A stretch of DNA of 63,804 nt, counting the filler, from Phoronis australis (taxonomy: Eukaryota > Animalia > Phoronida), in assembly GCA_002633005.1 (NCBI GenBank). It is 9 parts of 9 records of this genome, joined end to end, with 100 filler letters (N's around TTAATTAATTAA, not from the genome) between each part and the next. Parts side by side here need not be neighbours in the genome. Positions count along the whole stretch, not along the records: positions 50,255 to 55,563 come from NMRA01001220.1; positions 55,664 to 62,325 come from NMRA01002132.1; positions 62,426 to 63,804 come from NMRA01001532.1; 6 more parts are not named here. One strand, written 5' to 3'. The notes beneath the pieces are model-generated. The model was not told the origin of the DNA. It saw nothing but the letters and a program-made list of their open reading frames with translations, and did no database searches. Both the position numbers and the translations under genes were made by a program. Below, in pieces: positions 53,220 through 63,804 of this stretch (its first letter is position 1; the number at the start of each line of letters is the position of its first letter).

Positions 53220-55734
53220 TATAATGATTAATGGCGAACTTGTGCAAGTAGTGAATGATGTGTATATACAAGAGTGTATTGTGAAGGTGCACTGCAATGC
53301 GCACGAAGTGCAATGATGACTAATATGAGAGGAGGGCAGCACCAATGACATGGGCAGGTAAGCTAGACAAGGACCATCGTCTCTGGTTGAACTGCAGACG
53401 GTGAAGCTCCTACAGGTGCTTCATACGCTGTGGGTTTTTCGGCGAATTATGCCTAACACTGATTAAAAAATCAAAGTCATGCTATTATAAGTATCTTATG
53501 CGCATAGAGGGACACCTTAGAAGGCCGTTGGTGTTGATGTCTTTCTGATTTTGGGAACTGAACAAAGGACTGCTCGAAGAAAAAGTTTGATAACGAGAGT
53601 ATTTGCTCGAGTTGGAAGGAATTAAAGACATCGGTGTCCCTGCATGCACAAAAGTTACTTACCGTAATCGTTCGGGTTAACGCCCTGGGCGGTTAAATTG
53701 GCGAATCCAAAAAATCGGGGGAGGGCGGTTAACCGAGCAGTGGGCGGTTAACCGAACATTGGCGCTTATTATGACAGACAACCGCTTTTGGGCGGTTAAT
53801 CTTACCTGGCGATCTAAATCCCAGCACGACAATCATACTCGGAACGCGTAGCCCTTTACAAAGAGCTTTATCGTCACGTCGCCAAGTGACTGTGAAAACG
53901 TCATCACAGCGGATGATCCCAACAAAGGTTCTCTTGCCCTCAGATTAGTCATTCACTATTAAATTTACAAAATTGCTGAGTAATAGCCCCGTGCCGTCCT
54001 GCGGTGCGCAGACGACCAGTCACCACACAGCCTCCACTAGAATTAAAACTGTTTCAAGATGTGACCCTGCTAAGTGCGCGCATGCAAGCTTCACGTGTTG
54101 CAGAGGTCAGACATCAAATTTTTGGTTACAGTCTCGTACTATATGTAGCTGTCAAGCTCTGAGTCAGAGAGCAGTTTTAAAATTGGTTGTAATAAAAGTT
54201 TGAAAAACTTAACTCTGCTGTTTTTTGTGTTTGGGATGTTATAGTCGACACTCCGTGACTCGATGACATTTTCAGCATATGGTTCTGCGGCTAGCTGTTT
54301 TATCTCGACAGCCCAGCATTGCTCTCTTGCCATTGCGCCAAACATGCTATGCAAAGAAGTAAGACAAGGACGGGGTGGTCGAGCAAGTCGTCGATCAAGA
54401 ATAAAATTTCAAGCAACTGCATAAATATGTTACAAAATGTCAGAAAACAGTAATGTTTCAATTCATTATACTAAACGATCACCTTACCAAACTTCGTGGT
54501 GGAAAAACATTTATTTTTCATGCAAGATGTCCAGATTATCCTATTTATATCACTTGTAATATCGCACTGCGGCACTGCTCGGTCCCGCTGTTATCGCGCA
54601 ATGTCTCAGTCGGCTGACAATTGTGACTTGGAAATGCCGTCAAGTAATATAACGGCCTCTTTCAATATGCATCTCGTTTTTTATGGCCAAAGATAGTGGC
54701 GGTATTCAGCACGCACGTAGGGCCTACGTTCAAGTTTTAGTCACCTGTCAATCNGACTTGGAAATGCCGTCAAGTAATATAACGGCCTCTTTCAATATGC
54801 ATCTCGTTTTTTATGGCCAAAGATAGCGGCAGGATTCAACACGCGCATAGGGCCTACGTGCGAGTCACCTGTCAATCACATGTTGGTGTCAAGGTAACAT
54901 GCACTCCAAAGTGTGGGAACTTGCGCGCGTGCACCACTACAAAGTCACACATCAAAAGAGAATAGAGACAGTCCTAAGTAACAGAAACGGACGTGACTAT
55001 ATACTTTTAACCATTGTCTCATTTCTCTGGCCTGATTTTTTTGAATATATGTTTTATCAAGTGCACTGCAGACGAAAACTCAGCGCGGCAGACAAAGTCG
55101 CTGAAAGCGGAGGTTTTGACGCCGGCGGCGTTCTTAAACTTTGCAAACATGGGAAGAAAATAAAGTGACAATACCGTCCAAGTATTATATTTTGAAGTGA
55201 GTCCATGACCCAAGACAATAACTCGTTATAGACCGGGATCCCAGAGCTTTTTTGGGCATGAAAAGGTAACCAATTTCCTTTGGTGCCACAGTGCTCTGTG
55301 GGTATCCTGATGCTTGGAAATGGCCGTCTGGCAGGTTCGCTCTGGTGGGTGTGGTCAGGGGAGCCAAGAAAATTACACTCAAAAATTGAGCTAGATCAAC
55401 TTTTCTGGTAACCACTTAAAACTGCCTTCGATACCTGCTACGTCATTCATTGTATCAAAACTGGTCACTGCCAGACAATTTCAGTGGTGGGGAGTACCCG
55501 CCAGACGAACATATACAGGGTACAAAAATTGAGCTAGATCAATCCAAGAGGTAACCGCTTGAANNNNNNNNNNNNNNNNNNNNNNNNNNNNNNNNNNNNN
55601 NNNNNNNTTAATTAATTAANNNNNNNNNNNNNNNNNNNNNNNNNNNNNNNNNNNNNNNNNNNNGGCCTCAAGCTAAATGTGGGGTCGCTACCATGGCAAT
55701 GACACAGATTACAGGCTATCGTGTAAAAAGCACC

Positions 55735-55990
55735 ACTTTTGACACGCTAGGGTGTCAGAAGTGCCACGTTTTTGCCACGTTTTGTCACGCCACGTTCGAC
55801 ACGCTATTGCCACATTTTACACACTTTTTGCCACGTTTGACACGCTAAGCATGTCAAACGTGTTGTATTGGAACAAAAATTACACGTTTTTGACACGTTC
55901 TTGACACGTTTGACACGCTATATTTTACACGTTTGACACAACTTTAGGGCTTTCCAATACTCCACGTTTTTAGAACGTGTCAAACGTGTA
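55735..55990. repeat. Cluster of short (G/C)ACACG(C/T)T-like motifs in both orientations
   Basis: Dense recurrence of TGACACG, GCCACG and TACACG. Confidence 0.6.
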
Positions 55991-57371
55991 AAATTCTTAC
56001 CCGAGTTGTTTGTAAATTAATTTCTGTTATGTTCAAGGCCAATTTCTTTACAGAGTTTGACCACATTGCAATTGTGTCGACCAAACTTAAACATCTGATT
56101 GGGGTTTTTTAATCCATTTGTTGCTGTGTGTTGCTGAATTTGCTTCTCGACTTCTGGTGGTAATGGCCTTCTGCGTGAATATCCACCGACCATGTTTATG
56201 AAATTACTATCGTATAACAAATGGATACACAGAAGAGCCTTATTTCTGTTTGTTGAGGTAAAGCGTAGTGTTGGATCTGATTGACGGCTTGATTGAGCCA
56301 CATGGCGTAGAAAATACGTCATCTGAATGTCCCAAATAATCGACGCTTCGAACGCCAGATTACAGCTAACTCCATATAGTCTAGTGAACAACTGACCAGA
56401 ATATACAATACAGTGCAAAAGTAATAAGACAACATGTCATTTTCTCGTCATCAGAGTAAAAATTACTATTGGTAAAATTCTAATAACAGAATGACTAAAA
56501 TGGCTTACGGCAATTTCATTTGGGGACGTTCATGATAGGAAAATAGCTATTATATCAATTGATAGGTGTCATTGATAGGTTTCATAGCATCTGATTTTCC
56601 CCTAACTTTTGGTCTGACTGAGAAAATTGCCTTATATGTGACAGACAAGCGAAGAGAATTGGATTTTTTTGTAATTGTTGACGTTTATTTTCTGTGAGTG
56701 GCATAAAGTTACATTTTTTGTTTTACATAATGACTAAGTGGAATGTTTGCAAAGTACAACACACTAATTTTTTGAGGATATCTTCTAAGAACTTTTTGTG
56801 AGGCAGCTTGATGCATGTTTAAGTTGAGTTAATGATGGAGTTAATGACGGATGTACACTCTGAATTTCTAGTAATAAATTGTTTGTTGTAACTAAGATAT
56901 CAATTCAGAATAATTAATAGATTTGCAGTATTTAAGCTACATGTATTGGTCTTTGCTACTAATTCAATGTAATTAAACTGTACTTACTGACTATTTGCAT
57001 GGAATCATCACAGGTGGGCCTATGCTACGAATATACTCTAGGATTTTAACTTTCCAATACACTTGATTAAAGATTATGAAACAACCCCCAAAAATGTTCA
57101 CTTCCATTTGAAGAATGTAAGCAATGTAGATGGGAATAAAAGTGATATTCATTTTGTATTTGACAGCTGTTAGTTATCAGGAAAATGGTTGTTATGCGTG
57201 GAATAGAATACTAACTCAAAACTTAAATAAGCAAATGTGGCTGTCAAAATATCAAAAGTGAAATAAAATTTCAAACATTACCAATCATCACTGTAATGAG
57301 AATGCATTTTAATCATTTTTTTTAAATTAGAGCTCACCCTCAACTTGTACAAACGTATTTTCTGGGCCATA

Positions 57372-58167
57372 TTGTTGATGTTTCTGACCCATGCCCATGA
57401 ATGTTGTTGATGTTTCTGACCCATGCCCATGAATGTTGTTGATGTTTCTGACCCATGCCCATGAATGTTGTTGATGTTTCTGACCCATGCCCATGAATGT
57501 TGTTGATGTTTCTGACCCATGCCCATGAATGTTGTTGATGTTTCTGACCCATGCCCATGAATGTTGTTGATGTTTCTGACCCATGCCCATGAATGTTGTT
57601 GATGTTTCTGACCCATGCCCATGAATGTTGTTGATGTTTCTGACCCATGCCCATGAATGTTGTTGATGTTTCTGACCCATGCCCATGAATGTTGTTGATG
57701 TTTCTGACCCATGCCCATGAATGTTGTTGATGTTTCTGACCCATGCCCATGAATGTTGTTGATGTTTCTGACCCATGCCCATGAATGTTGTTGATGTTTC
57801 TGACCCATGCCCATGAATGTTGTTGATGTTTCTGACCCATGCCCATGAATGTTGTTGATGTTTCTGACCCATGCCCATGAATGTTGTTGATGTTTCTGAC
57901 CCATGCCCATGAATGTTGTTGATGTTTCTGACCCATGCCCATGAATGTTGTTGATGTTTCTGACCCATGCCCATGAATGTTGTTGATGTTTCTGACCCAT
58001 GCCCATGAATGTTGTTGATGTTTCTGACCCATGCCCATGAATGTTGTTGATGTTTCTGACCCATGCCCATGAATGTTGTTGATGTTTCTGACCCATGCCC
58101 ATGAATGTTGTTGATGTTTCTGACCCATGCCCATGAATGTTGTTGATGTTTCTGACCCATGCCCATG
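57372..58167. repeat. Homogeneous 32-bp minisatellite, about 25 copies
   Basis: Unit ATGTTGTTGATGTTTCTGACCCATGCCCATGA, apparently invariant, with no spacers. Confidence 0.97.
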
Positions 58168-59189
58168 TAAATACGTAGTAATAGTGATGTGTTATCACAG
58201 TACGCGCAGGTACATTTATGAATTTTTTGATCCACAGTGGCATTTTCGAGTTTCAGAGAATATTCCAGCAGATATTTATTCTTTTTCCAGTTGCATCCCT
58301 CTGTTCTTCCCAATGTCTCCAACAGTTTCCTCTATCCTTTCTAAACACCGGTTTACTTTCCTCGAGGCTCAGCAGAAAAAAGAAAACCCCAATTCTTAAA
58401 AAGATCCTGGGGATCAAAAATATGAAAGATGAGACAATGATTGCTATGAAATCATTTCATACAAGCCACCCAATGTCACTCAATGCACTGAAAAACACAA
58501 AGCGAGTGACTACAACAGTGAGGATGTGAAAAAGTGCTCGGTAAAGTAGGTGGTAGGTTCCTACCGCTTAAAAATGCCTAGTATCGGCTTTTTCAACACA
58601 AAACGCAGCCTGGCAGGTCAGAGCAGAAATAACATGTTGATTCCAGCGCAAAAGCAACTAGACATGCCTTCCTTTAGGTCTTGTTGTTATGCTCTAGATT
58701 ACCTTTGGAACTTTTTGTATGGATATTTTTGCATCTTGATTTTACCGAAGGCTAAGCATTTTTTACAAACACAAGGTACCAACAGGAAAAAATAAGTTCA
58801 TTAAATTAACATTTTGTTTTACCGTATTCGCCGTAATAAGCGTCCATGCCACTGTAACCACCCCCAAGCGTTTACAGTCTTTGCTAAAATAAGCGCCCAG
58901 TCCATGATTGCCGTACGTACATGTACATGCAGAAAGTGCCTTCACCTACAGTTCTAAAATTCTACTCTAACGTCTTCAACTTAGTATCAATAAGATACGA
59001 CAGTTTTGAAAAATCGCTAATGAACTGGTACTGTCCTGTGATCTCTTCTATTGATAACACCAGGCATTAGTTGTACGGCATTGCTTTAGGACTGTTCCAA
59101 CTATTTTGACAATTTGAAAACATTTTTATGTGCCCACATATTTACATGTGTTCGCATTTGCCGTCTTCTCTGTCTGGGCGTCCGGCGTC

Positions 59190-59450
59190 CGCAGCTGTAT
59201 TTCCTGTAAATCCTCACAAAATGTGGCAGATGTATTCCTATAAAGCTGACAACAGACGACAAATTTCGGATCTCTCCCACTACCAGTGTGTCTCCTAGTG
59301 GCAAATTTAAATCTACGCTTACCTCCCAATCTTCGGAGGTCCTTAACGGATTTTCATGAAATTTGGCAGTTAGGAAATGTATTAATGAGACGATGCCATC
59401 AGTCTGTTCTGGGACAGATTTGAGGTATTCTGCGCCACCTAGTGACAATT
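59190..59450 (-). repeat. Interspersed repeat, inverted homolog of about 19050-19250
   Basis: Shared blocks AATTTCATGAAAATCC, TTGCCACTAGGA, TCCGAAA and TATAGGAA. Confidence 0.55.
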
Positions 59451-60211
59451 TTTAATGTTTTTGACTCTATTTTGGCATCCGCCCTTCTTTCAACCAAACT
59501 GCTCTAGGGATGATTTTGAAAATTGATATACCGTATTCGCCGTAATAACTGCTCAGGGCACTTAGAAAAGTTCGGTTCAGGGGAGGGGGGGCGCTTACTA
59601 TAACCCAATGCGGCTGAAACCCGGTCTCCGAAACAGATAAAATGCGAAGCTAAGATTTATCAAATTTGCGCTCTGTTACGTATATGTACGTAATATATGA
59701 AAGACTTTCAACAAAACTGTGTTGCATTGCTGTCAAACTTTGCTGCTAAATTACGATCATTTTACAGAAAATTGTGCTGAAATCCCAGGACGAAAACTCG
59801 CCGACTTACTGCCTCGAAATCGCCGTCTTCGATATGGCGACTTCAATGCTTGAATAAAAATGGTTTCGACTCAAGCAAATTACCTGAAATCCTCATTAAG
59901 ATTTATAAGCAGCATCTCTTTTTAAGTTCCCATGGAGTCTGGATTAACGGCAGGTTTAAGTACAAATCTGTGCAACATCGTGCCATCTACATATATGATC
60001 GGCAACACGGCGAGAAAAATGTCTGGACGAACACACATGTTGTTCTCATGTGACGTTTTAGACCGGCAGCCCAGAGCACTAATAGCATAGATGAACGAGG
60101 TACCAACATCTGACCACGGGAGCATTTAAAGTCCACCTCAGTATGTACAGAAATGGACGTCTGCCATTGTCTGCACTCTGGGTGTGACCCCTGGGGGCCT
60201 TACAAACAGCC

Positions 60212-60965
60212 CAAAAAATGAGCTATACTAGATATTCGAGGTACCAACCAAAACTGATTCAAAACGAATAATAGTACCGCACTGAACACCGAATGACCCA
60301 TGACAGACAAATTGCACTCTGGAATGGGTCCGGCAGAAACCAAAAAAGGACGCCCCCAAAAATGAACTAGCACATACATTCGAGGTACCACACAAAACCA
60401 ATTCCATATGATTCAATACATGTCACAGATCACTAAAACCCCTATGACAGACAAATTACACTCTGGGTTGTGCCCGGCAGAAACCCCCAAAAATCTCAAC
60501 CATGGTATGCCATCAAAAATTTGAGCTAGACTAGATTTTCGAGGTACCGGCCAAAACTGATTTTAAACGAACAATAGTACCGCACTGAACACCAAATGAC
60601 CCATGACAGACAAATTGCACTCTGGAATGGGTCCGGCAGAAACCAAAAAAGGACCCCCCAAAAATGAGCTAGCACATACATTCGAGATACCACAAAAACA
60701 ATTACATGAGATTCAATACATGTCACAGGTCACTAAATGCCCTATGACCGGCAGACAAAATACACTCTGGATTGTCCCTGGCAGAAACCCTCAAAAATCT
60801 CAACCACGGTTTGCCATTTTTGAGACGGTTAGATTTTCAAGGTATCGGCTTAAACTGATTTAAAACCACCAATCGTGCTGCACTGAAAACCCAATGACCC
60901 GTGAAAGACAAATTTTACTCGGAAATAGTCTGCCAAAAACCCAGAAAGGACCTTAAAAAATGGAG
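60212..60965. repeat. About 302-bp tandem satellite (about 2.5 units) with ~150-bp subunits
   Basis: GACCCATGACAGACAAATTGCACTCTGG at about 60295 and 60598, degenerate at about 60896. A half-period variant occurs near 60443 and 60743. Confidence 0.85.
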
Positions 60966-61439
60966 GTACAATCGTTCATGCAGCTTTCCCCTGCTAGTTC
61001 AAGTACTCGGGTGGGAAATCCAAACAACTGGACAACAAGATATTAAAAATTGCACCACGAAAATCGAAGTACACAATTGGTGACAAAAGTTGTGTATTTA
61101 ATAAGTTAACTGCAAAAAGCGGGACCGCAGGAAACAAAAACTAATTATTAAAAACTTTCGTTCACTAAAGCCTGTGTTTACTCTCATGATCACTACAAGC
61201 GAAAAGCAGACGGGTGTCAAGATGTAAGACAGTTAACTCGCCTAGTTGTAACTTTTTGAAGAAATTTTTACATGATGTCGAAATTCAGTGTAGTGTATAG
61301 TGTTTGCAATGTTTTAGTTTCGCGGAGTCATTTGTCGATGGTCGACATAATGTTTTCCGTGATAAAATACAAATCACCCCTAATTTGGTGCGCAGCCACG
61401 TGGCGGAGTCCCAATGCTATTTAAATAAATATATAAACA

Positions 61440-62325
61440 ACGATGTGTTTCATTAACAAGGGGTCTCGCTGCAGCATTGCCTGAAAATTGCATGCAATGA
61501 CAGGGTGTGACGTCACAGCAGCACTGTTTAGGAAAGGGAAAGGGAGGCCTCTGGAAATCCTGATGAAAGACTCTTCTGGGACACTTGTCAGCTTCTTCTC
61601 AGAGTTAATAAGCGTAGATATCCCAGACGGAAGGAAGTTAGAAGAAGACACATGCCTCCTATTTAATGAAGGGAGGAGTCAAAGATGTAAATGAAGCGCC
61701 GATATCTGAAATTAATAGAGACGACCGGAAAATGAACAAGGTAATAACTGTATATAATTGATAAAATATAGTTCATAAAAGCAACGAAAATAATTTCAAA
61801 TGTTTTCATAGTGTTAAACCAAAATGCCCAGTTTCACGTCAAAAAAAGTAAATGGTGGTGAGATTTCATGCGCGTACCCAGGAGGGCTCGAGGGCTCGAA
61901 CGAGCCCCTCATTTGGCGAAGTGGGCAAAAAGGTCCGCCTCAGAGAAACAAACAGTCCGTGGAAACGAGACAAATGTCCATTAAAAATGCGCAGACGCAC
62001 AGTTCACAGCACTGAAGGTGGTACCCCGTTTTTGTTAGTCCGCCAGCTTTTCTGTTAGCAAAAGGTCCACTTGGTCAGAAATTCGAGCCCCCCAAAACTT
62101 GAGAGGCTGGGTGCGTGCATGGGTTTTATGTTTTTGTTCGTCAGCTTTTAGACAATTGGTTCCTCGTCAATAAAATTTTCTCCGATGTCCAACATCAAGA
62201 AGATAGACTGCGCATTGTTCCTCCTCGCCGAAAGACACTATTGAAAAAACTCAAACGAGCCCATTATGTTGCCTTTCTCTGAGGCCAAGTGGATTCGGCC
62301 GATCCGGGAAACGGTTTGGATCCTC
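61440..62325 (+). mobile_element. Degenerate transposon-protein C-terminus with XPG/H3TH-like motif (Academ-like)
   Basis: ALP..HAMTGCDVTAALFRKGK, then after an intron and MITE: PP..TLLKKLKRAHYVAFL*..DPGNGLDP. Stops and frameshifts present. Confidence 0.6.
61867..62121. mobile_element. 255-bp MITE, CATGCGCG-TIR family
   Basis: CATGCGCGTACCCAG ... CTGGGTGCGTGCATG. At least seven relatives in the window. Confidence 0.85.
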
Positions 62326-62465
62326 NNNNNNNNNNNNNNNNNNNNNNNNNNNNNNNNNNNNNNNNNNNNTTAATTAATTAANNNNNNNNNNNNNNNNNNN
62401 NNNNNNNNNNNNNNNNNNNNNNNNNTGCCACCATATTTGTACCGAATCTCCCATGTAGGGAGGCA

Positions 62466-62597
62466 CAGTGGCGGATTTACGGGGCAAGACGCCATGACCC
62501 CCCTAAAATTCTCCCAGATTTCATTTGGCAGTTCAGAGGTGCCAATTTATGACTGAATCTGCCCTACCCCCCAACTCGAAATCATGGATCCGCCTCT
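62466..62597. mobile_element. Short hAT-like MITE
   Basis: CAGTGGCGGATTT ... GGATCCGCCTCT imperfect ends. No target-site duplication confirmed. Confidence 0.4.
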
Positions 62598-63804
62598 CAA
62601 ACAATCCCGGGGATCCAGCCATTACGAGTTGAGTAACCGTGAACCAACACTGAGAGTAAGAATAGGCCTAGGACCAGTACATGGACCTGTGGCGAGGAGC
62701 TGCCTCAAGTAGCTATAGCTGAGATCTAACAATGTGGAAATACGAAATTCCCGATGAACTAAAGCTAGTTGCTGGTCAGCTCAACTATGATTCATTTGAG
62801 ACAGGCAGCCCGTACCGGCCGTCTGCGCTCGCTCTAATGTCAATATTCGTTTTGTTGTGATCCAGTTTCGGGAACACTTTATTTTATTATGGTCATTCTT
62901 TCAAAGAGAGTTTTTTCTTTGAAAAGATGAGGCGCCGAAGTCCCTGGTATAGTGCCTTTGGAGCTGTTTCAAAATCCCTAGTTGATACACGACCGGTAGT
63001 TAACTTTCTGGTGGCTGTTGAAAAGGATATTGTGTCCCAAAAAACTACACACTTCCTGAACGCTTCCATTTCAAAGTCAGTCCTTGTGGTTATCACTGAG
63101 AGTCTGCGCGGCCAACAGCATGGTTACATCTTATTTTTAACGTGGATACGTCAGTCAGGAAAAGCAATCAATTCAGTTTTGAAGAAAAAAAATCATTACT
63201 CAATACTACTGGAAACTAAAAACACCAAGGAACCGTTCCAAGAAATGAGTTTAATTTTATTTATTTAAGGATTTTTAAAACGTTTTTTCTATCTACGGTT
63301 TGTGTATACGAATTTCATCAATGTCTTTGAGAGTTATTTTAGATATGCAAAAATCGTCTAAGTGTACTTTACTATTTGGGGATAGGATTATAGAGTTTTT
63401 CCAACTTCTGGCAGCAATCAAATTCACTGAATTATCACCAATTCTTACAAGATTAGCTTCTAATTGTCAAAAACCACCTATGAATCTATCGATATTCGTA
63501 GATACATAAACAAGTAAATCAAAAACCAACGAATTTGTTTATCAAACAGGAATGTTATGCGCAGTTTCGCATGCATACTCGCAGACTTTTGACGGGTAAC
63601 CGGGGGAATATGGGAGATGGGGCATTCGTATTAAGGTGTGTTTTCAGAGGTACCTATAACGGTTCACGATGTGAACTTGAACTCCACTGACAAAAAAACT
63701 TTGAAATCTTTGTTTATGATTGCGAGAGTTCTTTGAGTACCCCTTTCGACATGTACACGATCATTACAAATAATAGCCTAGACAGCAGTGTTTTCCACAA
63801 GTGG

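Noticed and set aside
54626-54878. About 128-bp tandem duplication
   Set aside because: Also joined by a single N (54754), so probably an assembly overlap.
57278-58322. Three 264-331 aa ORFs
   Set aside because: They are by-products of a stop-free 32-bp repeat and give the same cyclic peptide in all three frames.
62860-63500. Possible hAT transposase remnant
   Set aside because: The resemblance is too weak and no catalytic motif could be identified.

Overview
This is AT-rich, intron- and transposon-rich animal DNA, probably a marine invertebrate (inference only). It is not one locus. Eight artificial 100-bp linkers (44 N + TTAATTAATTAA + 44 N) at 11218, 23661, 33227, 38021, 45223, 50155, 55564 and 62326 join nine unplaced scaffolds, so neighbourhood across a linker means nothing. 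Host gene fragments I can support: the first coding exon of CDC40/PRP17, the first coding exon of NDUFA11 (head-to-head with a probable signal-peptide exon), and four exons of a SEA + Sushi/CCP protein. Mobile DNA includes a dead pogo-type element with a C-terminal PHD-like finger plus deletion derivatives, three THAP-domain remnants, fragments of copia, BEL/Pao, L1/Tx1 and Academ-like elements, many MITEs and several tandem repeats. Best leads: (1) a hairpin-ended repeat carrying a tRNA-like Pol III cassette, reconstructed from two scaffolds; (2) a nest of inverted repeats and a palindromic 81-bp array at 2.8-11.2 kb; (3) an intronless, frameshifted atypical kinase. I found no CRISPR array, rRNA or intact autonomous element. 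All family calls come from motif recognition by eye, not from database searches.
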